Part shown: piece after piece, positions 1 through 9,900 of the stretch
Layout: every line of letters starts with the position of its first letter
Position numbering within the stretch: the stretch's first letter is position 1
NCBI GenBank assembly: GCA_016748015.1
Contig: JAAOMT010000545.1
Location: forward strand, 5,923 to 36,129
Origin: Geosiphon pyriformis uo1
Lineage: Eukaryota; Fungi; Glomeromycota
Reading direction: 5' to 3'
Length of the DNA: 30,207 nucleotides
Notes under the pieces: generated by a model
Told to the model about the DNA's origin: nothing
The model's database searches: none
The model's input: only the letters and a program-made list of their open reading frames with translations
Position numbers and translations under genes: made by a program

Positions 1-403
1 ATTATTTTAATTTTAATTATATTATATGCAACTTGGTAATAAATATTTAATTTTTTGCTATTAATATCAAAGCAATATTAAAAAAACCTGCATTAAACAT
101 AAATTTTGTGATGAAATTAATTTTTATCTTAATAATAAAAGCTATGCTAAAATTGTCGATAATTTTGTAAAGAGACTCTATACAAATAATTAAATCATTT
201 AAATATATATATTAAGATATAAATTAAATCATTCAAATTATAAATATTTAGAAACAATTTAAATTTACATGAGTTTTAGTTTATAGTCTTTTTGTTATAT
301 CACTACTTAAGATGGCTTTTTTTAAAGCAATAACTTTCATTAATTTCTTTGAAAATAAGTCAGTTTATTCAAAATATTTAAGAGAATTTCACTAGCTTAT
401 TCC

Positions 404-423
404 NNNNNNNNNNNNNNNNNNNN
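404..423. other. Assembly gap (20 N)
   Basis: Run of N. Repeat X copy A begins immediately after it. Confidence 0.99.
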
Positions 424-740
424 TTAAAATTTTTAATTCAGAAAAAAATTTAACTTAATTTTTATAGCTCATCCTCAATTACTCGTTTCACAATTTTTAT
501 AATTTGTTGCTTAATTTTTCAATACAAAGTTCTCTGAGTTTTGGGATTTTGGGATTTGGGATTGATCCGAGTAAACGTTTGCCCCTATTATCAACATATA
601 TTCAATGACTGTGAGGTTGGCCTTAATCTCGCTAATTTAGTAAACAAACCTCCCACATTGCATGATTATCATGATCATCTCTAACTTATCACCAATTTAT
701 GATTTACCAACTACACTATACAGTCTCCGATTTAAGGCCT
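424..740 (+). repeat. Repeat X, copy A (partial; starts at gap)
   Basis: Near-identical to 3502-3820, e.g. CTCATCCTCAATTACTCGTTTCACAATTTTTATAATTTGTTGCTTAATT and CTGTGAGGTTGGCCTTAATCTCGCTAATTTAGTAAACAAACCTC. 424-582 is also the reverse complement of 6242-6390 and 25778-25930. Confidence 0.93.
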
Positions 741-1577
741 TTTGTCTCTTTTACTCATACCATATTTGCATTATAATCTGAAAGCTCTACCTTTTGAAGA
801 GATAGACAATTTATCTTTCGCATTTCATTTATAAGTTGTGACTGCCTGTTTTGACAACTTATTGTATCTGAAGACGATCCAGCTAGAAATTTTACACCAT
901 TCATGGAAGCTGTTTACAAATTCATTAAAAAGGTAATGTTTTTAAAAAGAAATAGTTTAGTTACCAGCAATAGTGTAGTTACCAACGCACTGCAAAAGTA
1001 TCTGACCTCAATAATTCTTTGTAAGCAAATTTGGAGCCCCAAGATTTTTCGAAGACAAAGAGCAATATAAATGCTGATCATTAATACTTTTTATAGATTG
1101 GTAGATATTCTATATGAGATATTTCATTGTCATCAAGTTTCATGTCTCCCATCATTTTTTAAAATAAGCATCCCAAAGTCCCAAAACTTGGACTTGAAGA
1201 TACAGCAAAGTACATCCATTCTAGTAAGTCTACAGCCATTTATTAGGTTAAAAGATGGGAGAAACAAACCAACACTAAAAGTTTGCGGTTTCTTGGATGA
1301 AAATTGTTCTAGTCTGTTAAAAATTCAAATAAAAAAGAATTCTTAATTACCTATGTATCAAGTTATGAAGTCGGAATACTTTTGTGGTGTACTGTATTAG
1401 CGTGTATCGTCCTCTGCTATATGACATCTGTCCTACTCTATTATTACAGTCGTAAGATGAATGTACTTAATCCGTCAGATTAAGCATGGAAATCTAATGG
1501 AAAGAGCACGAAAAATAATAAAAGCTGAAAATGAGCATCAAATTTCTGATCTAAAGTCAATACTGAACCGATCATAA
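530..1577 (+). pseudogene. Decayed gene of unknown family ('gene X') with C-terminal hydrophobic helix
   Basis: Protein-like frames broken by scattered stops: FNDCEVGLNLANLVNKPPTLHDYHDHL*, IVSEDDPARNFTPFMEAVYKFIKK, a plausible intron 933-1096 (GTAATG...TTTTTATAG), then HPKVPKLGLEDTAKYIHSSKSTAIY*VKRWEKQTNTKSLRFLG*KLF*SVKNSNKKEFLITYVSSYEVGILLWCTVLACIVLCYMTSVLLYYYSRK. Family not recognised. Confidence 0.45.
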
Positions 1578-2186
1578 AATATTTCTTTGGTTTTATAAAA
1601 AATAAAATTCTAATTCAATAAAATTTTGAATGTGTGCTAAAATTAATTGAATAAAAATCTAATGTTATATGTTATAATAAACATTATTATGATGTTATTT
1701 GGCCCTATCACTCCATTACTACAATATGATTTTCATTTTAGAAAATTCATATGTAAATATTTTAAAATAATTAATGTATTAAGTTATTTTTTAACAAACA
1801 TAATATTAAATTTGTTTACTTTTTACAATTTTTAATATTATAATATCCATATATTATATTAAATGATAAAAAAAGTATAACAATAAATTTGCTTATAATT
1901 ATACAAAAATTAAATAGAATAAATAAATAGTTTTTTTAAAATATAAAATTAGAAAAATTTATAATATATACGTGTATATGTTTTTTTAAAACAGAATATT
2001 AAATTAATTTGATTGAATAACTTGGAATTTAATAAATACAATAGAAATTATCAATTTTTTTATATTTATTTTTTCCAAAACAAATCCTTATTTAAATTAT
2101 TTTTGCTAAAACACAATTAAATAATGAATGGTTGATATAAATTAATTTTGTTTGATTTTAAAAAAACAGATTATAAACACAAAATC

Positions 2187-2246
2187 ATTATTATTATTAT
2201 TATTATTATTACTATTATTATTATTATTATTATTTTATTATTATTA
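2187..2246. repeat. (TTA)n microsatellite
   Basis: Seen directly; produces the poly-Ile ORF 2148..2345. Confidence 0.95.
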
Positions 2247-2249
2247 GTT

Positions 2250-3820
2250 TTTTTAAGTTTGTGTTCTTTTTTTTTTAATTTAAAACTTTATAAGTTTGCA
2301 TTTTATATAACAATAGCTTTGACTAATTTCTTTCAAAATAATTAAATTTTCTAATAGCTATACAAATATAATTCAAAGAATTTAAGAGAATTTTCTTTTA
2401 AATCTTATTTCTAATAAGAAATAGATTATTTGGTGTTTTTGAATTTTTTAGTGAATTAAATAAAAATTATTTTATAACTACTAATTAGATGAATAAATAT
2501 ATAATTTTTGTTTATAACAAACTATTGCTATGATTTTCGTAAATAGAAAAGCATTTTCAATCAAAGAATTCTTTGCGAAACGATTACTAGTTTTCGTTCT
2601 AAAAAAAATTGCTTATAAAAAAAGTATTACTAATAAAAAAAATATCCAAAGTTCTTATTTCGAATCCTATCTTTAATTATTTACTAATTATTTATAGAAT
2701 AATGAGAGAGAAGACTAACTTTTTTACCATTTAAAATATCAAACACGAATAAATAAGAAGTTTTCTATTATCAATTCCTATGTTAACATCCTATGGAACT
2801 ACTCTTGTGAGTATTTTTTCGGGATCTGCTGTTTCTGTATTTGCAGGTCTACTCAGCAGAATGGATTTTAATCAGTTTATTAGTAGCTATTTAGGCTAAA
2901 TAACGTCATTTTCCTTTATTTAATGTCGCCGGATAGTCTTCGCACCGTTCCGGAAGGGTTATGTCATACTGGATGAAAAAAAACATAGTTTTACATCATT
3001 TCGGATGGAAGATTTACATCATATCAGATGGGTAGATTTACATCTTATCAGATGGGTTAATTAGCGTCATCTTCCATCGACGGATAGTTTTATGTCTTCC
3101 CGGACAGATAATCTATATTTGATTTACCCCACACAGGGTTTGAACCCTGGACAGGAGGGTTTAATCAAATATTTGAGTGCCGCGCTTTCCTTCCTAAGAC
3201 AATTTGCCTTAACTAATTTTTATGTCAAAAACCTTCCCTATAACCTGAAACTTTGAGTATTACTGGTTAGGACCAATAGGATTGGAATGTCAAAAAATGA
3301 ATAATCTTTCTAATATATTTTAGAAAATAACATAGCTTTGAGCGTGTTTATGTTTTGTGTTTATCTAAAATGACTTTTTAGACATAAATTTTATACAGTG
3401 AAAATATATTAAATACTCAATTCGTAAGAAATATTTAGAAGTTCAGAAAATTTCAGAACATTAATTTGTGAAAGAATTTATTATTGTTTCCATCATTCAC
3501 TTTAAGGTTTTTAATTCAGAAAAAAAAGTTTAAATTAATTTTTATAACTCATCCTCAATTACTCGTTTCACAATTTTTATAATTTGTTGCTTAATTCTTT
3601 AATACAAAGTTCTCTGAGATTTGGGATTTGGGATTTGGGATTGATCCAAGTAAATTTTTGCCTCTATTATCAAAATATATTCAATAACTGTGAGGTTGGC
3701 CTTAATCTCGCTAATTTAGTAAACAAACCTCACATATTGCATGATTATCATGATCGTCTCTAACTTATCACCAATTTATAATTTACAAATTATACTAAAC
3801 AGTCCCCGATTAGGGACTTT
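2250..3820 (+). repeat. Repeat X, copy B (left arm of long inverted repeat to 3661; continues to 3820 as direct repeat of copy A)
   Basis: Reverse complement matches 6242-7940. Example: 2275-2365 rc TATTTGTATAGCTATT...GAAATTAGTCAAAGCTATTGTTATATAAAATGCAAAC...AAGTTTTAAATTAA vs 7816-7907. 2900-3280 is almost identical to rc of 6545-6940. Confidence 0.92.
3125..3208 (-). other. tRNA-like (Pol III A/B-box) module in repeat X copy B
   Basis: Reverse complement of the 6615-6698 module; includes the CAGGGTTCAAACCCTG hairpin. Confidence 0.45.
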
Positions 3821-3843
3821 TTAGACAATCAATAATACATTTT

Positions 3844-6241
3844 AGTTTGCCCAAGATATCACAAATGGAGTTGCATGTTTGCATAGTGAAAATATTATTC
3901 ATTGAGACTTGGTTAGTAAATTTATATTTGGCTAATTATCAAGAAAGTTTTACCATTTTCTAAATTTCTAATTATAACATACCTCAGAACTCCCTAAATA
4001 TTCTCGTTCATAGAGACACTATAAAGATTGGTGACTTTGGCCTATCCAAAGATATCAAAAAGAATAAAATTGCTTTTCTGTAGTTTGTGGTCATCCATCA
4101 TACGTAGAGCCACAATGTTTTTTGAAACAAAATTATGAACGTGATCAAAAATCTGATATATACATAGTATTGGCGTTATTTATTGGGAATTAACCAGTGG
4201 CCGTCCGCCGTTCAATAGTAGTCAAAATTGGAATGTCGAGGGTATAAATTATCTCTTATGATGTTATTTTCATAAAAATTTACTTATTAGATGCTTTCTT
4301 AATTTTCTATTATTTTAAAGTTCAAATTGCTCACGGTAAACAAGAAACATCAATTCCCAGGACATCAGAGAAATATGTAAAACTCTATACAGAATGTTGA
4401 GATAGTGAACCAACCAAGTGTCCAGATATTGAAGAAGCATCCCAAAGGCTTTGAAAAATTGAATGGGCGGAAACTCCCATGAGCACAACTGATAAGATGA
4501 TGGAGTTAAATGTTTCTTCTTTGCATATTAACAATGATTATAACAATAACAGAAGCAACAACAACAATAATAGTAATAGTTTTAGCACTATTGACCCAAT
4601 TCATTCCACCACTAACAACAATATATCTAGCATTACTGAACCAATTTATCCGACCACTAGCTACCCTTCTTCAAATAATTCTGCACTAATTGATGCCACA
4701 ACATGTTATCCCTCTTCAAACACCTCTGCACCAACTCATCTCACTAATAGTTATCCTTCTCCCAATAACTCTACACCAATTCATCCCACTGATATTCATC
4801 CTTTGCCAAACACCTCTGAATCGACTCATGCAACAAGTAATCCCCCTTCAATTAACTCTCCATCAGACCATTCAACTAATAATTATCCCTCTATAAACCC
4901 ACCAGCACCAATTCATTCCCCGAATAGTTATCCCTCTTCAAACACCTCTGCACCAACTCATCACACTAATAGTTATCCTTCTCCCAATAACTCTAGACCA
5001 ATTCATTCCACAAATAATTATCATTTCCCAAACACCTCTGAATCGACTCATGCAACAACTAGTAATCTCCCTTCAAATAACTCTACATCAGACCATTCAA
5101 CTAATAATTGTCTCCCTCCAAACACCTCTGTACCAATTCATTTCCAGACTAGTTATCCCTCTTCAAACAACTCTGCACCAAACCATTCAACTAATAGTTA
5201 TTTATCACTAAACCATCCACCAATTAATTTAATGACTAGTCATCCCCCTGCACCAAACCATTTAACTAATAATTATCCATTTTCAAACACATCACCACCA
5301 ACTCATTTGACGACTAATCATCTCCCTCCAACACTTCTGTACCAATTTACTTCTACTCTTTAAACACTTTTGTACCAATTGATTCGTCGACCAATCCCTC
5401 TTTCAACAACTTTGCACCAATTCACTCCACAACCAGTCATCCCCCTCCAAATACCTCTGTACCAATTTATTCCTCCTCTTCAAACACTTTTGTACCAATT
5501 GATTTGTCGACCAATCCCTCTTCCAACAACTTTGCACCAATTTACTCCATAACTAGTCATGGCCTCCCAAACACTTCTGCACCAATTTATTTCACAAATA
5601 ATTATCCTCTTCCGAACAATTCTGTACCAATTCATTCCGCAAATAGCTACAGCCTCTCAAACACCTTTATGCCAAATCATTCCACAAATAATTATCCCTC
5701 AAACAACCCTGCACCAAACTATTAAACTAATATTTCTAGCTTTCCAAACACCACTGAACTTTATATCAATAATTCAAGAGAGAAAACTTTAATTAATCAT
5801 TATTTGGAAATTGCAAACAAGACTGTAAATACTGCCCTCCCTGATCGACAAATGAGTCAAAATATTACGGATTATCTAAGAGCAAATTATGTCACTCCAG
5901 AATCCATTTTTAACATTTTGAATGCTGATATCAAAAATCCTCCCCAATATATATTTCTTTTTGGTCTTTTCTATGTGTATGGAATTGGCACCAGTGTTAA
6001 TTCAGCAAAGGCTTTTAAAGCTTATACATTAGGTGCCAATGAAAGAGTTATATTAGCAGAGGTATATTTAGCTGTTGCTTATACTATGGGGTCAGGCACT
6101 ACTATGCGCTCTAATGCACTATCAAAGGATTGCTAACCATGGACATCTATTGGGACAAGTTCTTTTTGGGATGGCATATGAACAAGGAATTGGGACAGTA
6201 CCGAATTTTCTCATGGCTAGTCAATACTATATACAGACAGC
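3844..6241 (+). pseudogene. TKL protein kinase / Ser-Pro-Asn-Thr repeat linker / Sel1-repeat pseudogene, copy 1 (5'- and 3'-truncated)
   Basis: FAQDITNGVACLHSENIIH*DL (HRD Arg CGA>TGA at 3903), intron 3912-3987, NSLNILVHRDTIKIGDFGLSK, GHPSYVEPQCF, KSDIY/SIGVIYWELTSGRPPF, intron 4242-4320, GKQETSIPRTSEKYVKLYTEC*DSEPTKCPDI. Linker 4500-5770. Sel1 repeats LFGLFYVYGIGTSVNSAKAF, YLAVAYTMGSGT, LFGMAYEQGIGTVPNFLMASQYY. Multiple stops and frameshifts. Confidence 0.92.
4650..5760 (+). repeat. Coding minisatellite, ~45-nt (15-aa) unit YPSxN(T/N)SAP(I/T/N)HSTN(S/N)
   Basis: YPSSNTSAPTHLTNS / YPSPNNSTPIHPTDI / YPSSNTSAPTHHTNS / YPSPNNSRPIHSTNN / YPSSNNSAPNHSTNS in ORF 4479..5363, continuing across frameshifts. 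Confidence 0.9.
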
Positions 6242-6614
6242 CAAACGTTTATTCGGATCAATTCCAAATCCCAAATCCCAAATCTCAGAGAACTTTGTAT
6301 TAAAGAATTAAGCAACAAATTATAAAAATTGTGAAACGAGTAATTGAAAATTTAATTAAAATTTTTTATTCTGAATTAAAAATTTTAAATATTACTGAAG
6401 GTGAATGATCTAAAAAGTTATTTTAGACAACCACAAAATATAAACACAATCAAAGCTATGTTATTTTCTAAAATTTATTAGAAAGATTATTCATTTTTTG
6501 AAATTCCTTCTTTCTGTTTTAAGTTTTAATTAGAAGCAAGATCTTATTGGTCCTAACCAGTAATACTCAAAGTTTCAGGTTATAGGGAAGGTTTTTGACA
6601 TAAAAATTAGTTAA

Positions 6615-6698
6615 GGCAAATTGTCTTAGGAAGGAAAGCGCGGCACTCAAATATTCGATTAAACTCTCCCATCCAGGGTTCAAACCCTGTGTGGGGCA
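6615..6698 (+). other. tRNA-like (Pol III A/B-box) module in repeat X copy C, candidate SINE head
   Basis: A-box-like TGTCTTAGGAAGG; AAAGCGCGGCACTCAAAT reminiscent of the tRNA-Leu(CAA) D-stem/anticodon region; T-arm-like hairpin CAGGG-TTCAAA-CCCTG (6674-6689). The acceptor stem does not pair. Confidence 0.45.
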
Positions 6699-6713
6699 AA
6701 TCAAATATAGATT

Positions 6714-6940
6714 ATCTGTCCGGGAAGACATAAAACTATCCGTCGATGGAAGATGACGTTAATTAACCCATCTGATAAGATGTAAATCTACCCATCTGAT
6801 ATGATGTAAATCTTCCATCCGAAATGATGTAAAACTATGCTTTTTTTCATCCAGTATGACGTAACCCTTCCGGAACGATGTGAAGACTATCCGGCGACAT
6901 TAAATAAACCCATCATATCTGTCAAAGGAAAATGACGTTA
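6714..6940 (+). repeat. Degenerate ~24-nt minisatellite inside repeat X (also 2900-3110 rc and ~26355-26525)
   Basis: ACCCATCTGATAAGATGTAAATCT / ACCCATCTGATATGATGTAAATCT / TCCATCCGAAATGATGTAAAACT / ATCTGTCCGGGAAGACATAAAACT and further diverged units. Confidence 0.85.
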
Positions 6941-9900
6941 ATCACCATTTTCAATGATGATAATAATTATGACCCCTAAACATAATATAAAAGTATTTTT
7001 TTATGGCCTAGTGAAAATAATATGTTTCGCAATTAAACTAGCTAAAAGAATAAAAAAAGATAAAGAGGGTATTTAATCCAAATCCACGGCTTTGACAAAA
7101 TTATTTAGCCAAATTTGAAAAATATAGCTTTTTTCGAACGATACGTCTAATATTTTCCTTGGCAATCTGTTTTCAGTTTTTCGTTATCATGATTTATGCT
7201 ACTCCAAAATAAAATATGAGGGAACCAAATAGCTACCAATAAACTCATCACAATCCATCCTGGTGAATAAACCTGCAAATACGGAAACAGCAAATTCCGA
7301 AAAAATACCTCCAAGAGTAGTTTCATAGGATGTTAACATAAGAGAAAATCCTTCGTCTTTTCGTAATGGACATTTTCAATAGTAAAAAACTGAAGTGCTC
7401 TCTCTCATTTTTTTTTATCTTATTAGCAAATAATTAAATTCGTTTAATTAAAAACTAAGTAATATCTGAGATAGCTTTCAGAATAAAGCTCTAAATCTTT
7501 ATACTTATTTGTAAAATTTCTTTTATAAGTGACTTTTTTTTAAAATTAAAACTATTAATCATTTCATAATTAATTTTTTGATTGAAAATTCTTTTCTTTT
7601 TACGAAATCATAGAAATAGTTTATTATAATTAAAAAGTATACATTTATTCATTTTATGAGTAGTTATAAAATAGTTTTTAGCTATTATGTATTTGATTTC
7701 TATTTAATTCACTAAAAATCCGTAATTTACTCAAAAACACAAAAAAATTTGTTTCTTATTTTAATAAATTCAGCAATATTTATATTTAAAAATTTAAAAT
7801 AAGATCAGTTAATAATATTTGTACAGCTATTATAATCTTTACTTATTTTCAAGAAATTGGTAAAAGCATTGTTATATAAAAAGCAATCTCACAAAGTTTT
7901 AAATTAATTAGCTACATAGCAAATAAATACAAACTAAAATATTGCAAATTTAAATCATTTTTATAAATTTATTTTAAAGATTCTGTAAAAATAAATCTAA
8001 ATAGTCATATACAAATTAGCTAAATTGAAAAATTTATTCAGACCTATTAAAAACAAAAATCATTTCTCACTTGAGTACCAACTAAGAGTGTAAATTTAAC
8101 ATGAAGAAAATATAAGATAGGGGATGTAATGTCATTCCTAAAACTTCTATGTTAAGGAAAATAGATTGTAATCTTTTTCTTAAAGATATATAAGCATTCC
8201 AGCTGGTGTCATCTAAACTGTAACATGGAGTTCTTCCTTACGAAATATTGTTTTATTGTTGACCTCATTATTGTTTTGCAAACGAAAAAACACTGAGTTA
8301 TAGTAAGTTATAAACTTAAACATGCATTTTACCATAAATTTTCTATATATATAATATATATAATTCAAACATTAAAAATTTTTGGGGCCCAAGGTTTAAA
8401 TTGGTTGTTTTTGTAACACAAAGATATTTTAACTAAAAGCATAGAAAGAACCTATTAAATCGAAAGTAGGTACCATTTCGACTTTATTAAAGTCGCATCT
8501 AAAGATTTTCAATAATTAAAGAGATGAATTGTAAAAATATTCTCTTTTTTTCTTAGTAAATGGTATACTTATGTCTGTTAATTTTTGGTTGTTTTGAATT
8601 TACATTAAAACAAATTATGTTTTTCATAATCATTTATGTTTGAAACTAAAAAATTTAAATAAATTTTTAAAACACAAGTTTAAGATTCTTTATATAACAC
8701 TAATTTTTTAATGATAAGTTTTAATACAAATTTATAAAGCTTAAGTTTAAAGGTATTTTTTGCAACAATAATTTAAGTAATAAACTAAAGCTCTTATTAA
8801 CTTAAATCAATCTGAAATTCAAACCAAATTTGATAATTTGAATTGTCATTTTTTAATCTAACAAAATTGACTTAGTTTTAGTTTTGTTTCAAATTATATT
8901 CAAGTTTTGATTTTTTAGTTTTTGGCATATTAAAAAGCTCAGAAAGTTCTGTTGATAACTTAATATTATCACATAAAAAAGATTAATATTTTTTTCAATA
9001 ATCTGAACATAAAAAATACAGTTATTAAAAACTGTAAATATTTTAGTCTTTAACAATTTAAAAGAAATAGCTTTTTAAACAATAGCTAAATAATTGTGTT
9101 TTGATATTTGTATATATTTACAATTAAAAATTTTTTATCATATTTAATATTAAACAAAGTTCTAAATTTTTTTATTCACTTTAACAAAATGTGATCCAAC
9201 TATTATCTAAAATCTACAATTAAATTTTATTATACAAAAGACATAACTTATACATTTACTACATGTAACCAATTATTCGAGCTGATTAAGATTAGACTAA
9301 ATGCTTACTTTATTATTTAACATTAAGGAATCCAAAAATTTAAGCAAAATTATTCTTAAATCAAATACAAAACCACAAAAATTTCTATAACCAAAAATTA
9401 ATAATAAACCAAAAACAAAACCAATCAAATGAGTATTATGTATGTATGAGACTAATTTAAAAAACTCAAAAAAATTCAATTTTTTTTTTAAAAACTAAAT
9501 CTCTAATAAAGACAATATATGCTGTCTTATTATTTTAGCAATAAACAAGCATTATAACACTAAAAAATCAGCAATTGACAGTTATATACAGATATTTTAC
9601 TTACTAATATACACATTATAATTAATTTTTTTCTGTTATTTCTAATATACACACAAAAAAATAATTCAACACTTTTTTTTTCTCATATTAAATACAAAAT
9701 TCATTTGAGTAGTTTTTATTATAGTGTTTTTTCTTATTATTATTGACAATTTTTTAGATAAAATATGTATATAAAGCAGTAGTTTAATAACATGTAAAAC
9801 CCAAAATTCATGTGTTTATTAAAATACTACATGTGTATTAAAAAAACTAGTTAATACATCTTATTATATTGTAATTAATAAACTGTTTTTTTATTTAACA

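Larger units (their letters stand above)
6242..7940 (-). repeat. Repeat X, copy C (right arm of long inverted repeat)
   Basis: Reverse complement of ~2250-3661 with indels. 6242-7134 is also a direct repeat of 25778-26717. Confidence 0.92.

Noticed and set aside
1071-2345. ORFs 1071..1346, 1647..1835, 2148..2345
   Set aside because: Off-frame of the gene X relic, AT-rich chance ORF, and (TTA)n translation respectively.
3619-3642. (TTTGGGA)3 as a telomeric seed
   Set aside because: GGGATTT is the reverse, not the reverse complement, of TTTAGGG. Only 2-3 units, inside an exon-like region.
4690-5792. ORFs 4690..4896, 5370..5552, 5559..5792 (LHQFIPQ repeats)
   Set aside because: Alternative frames of the 45-nt coding minisatellite, which stay open because of the repeat.
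6075-6311. ORFs 6075..6311 and 25602..25877 as small genes
   Set aside because: Chimeric: a frameshifted Sel1 fragment reading through into inverted repeat X (tail NPKSQISENFVLKN is antisense to gene X).
6615-6698. Functional tRNA-Leu(CAA) gene
   Set aside because: Acceptor stem unpaired, anticodon stem mismatched, 6-nt T-loop, and copy D reads CAT at the anticodon position. At most tRNA-derived.
6714-6940. CRISPR-like array of ~24-nt repeats
   Set aside because: Units are abutting and degenerate with no unique spacers, the context is eukaryotic, and there are no cas genes. It is a minisatellite.
2240-7950. Target-site duplication flanking the long inverted repeat
   Set aside because: Outer ends fade into AT-rich and microsatellite sequence; no TSD or defined terminus could be identified.
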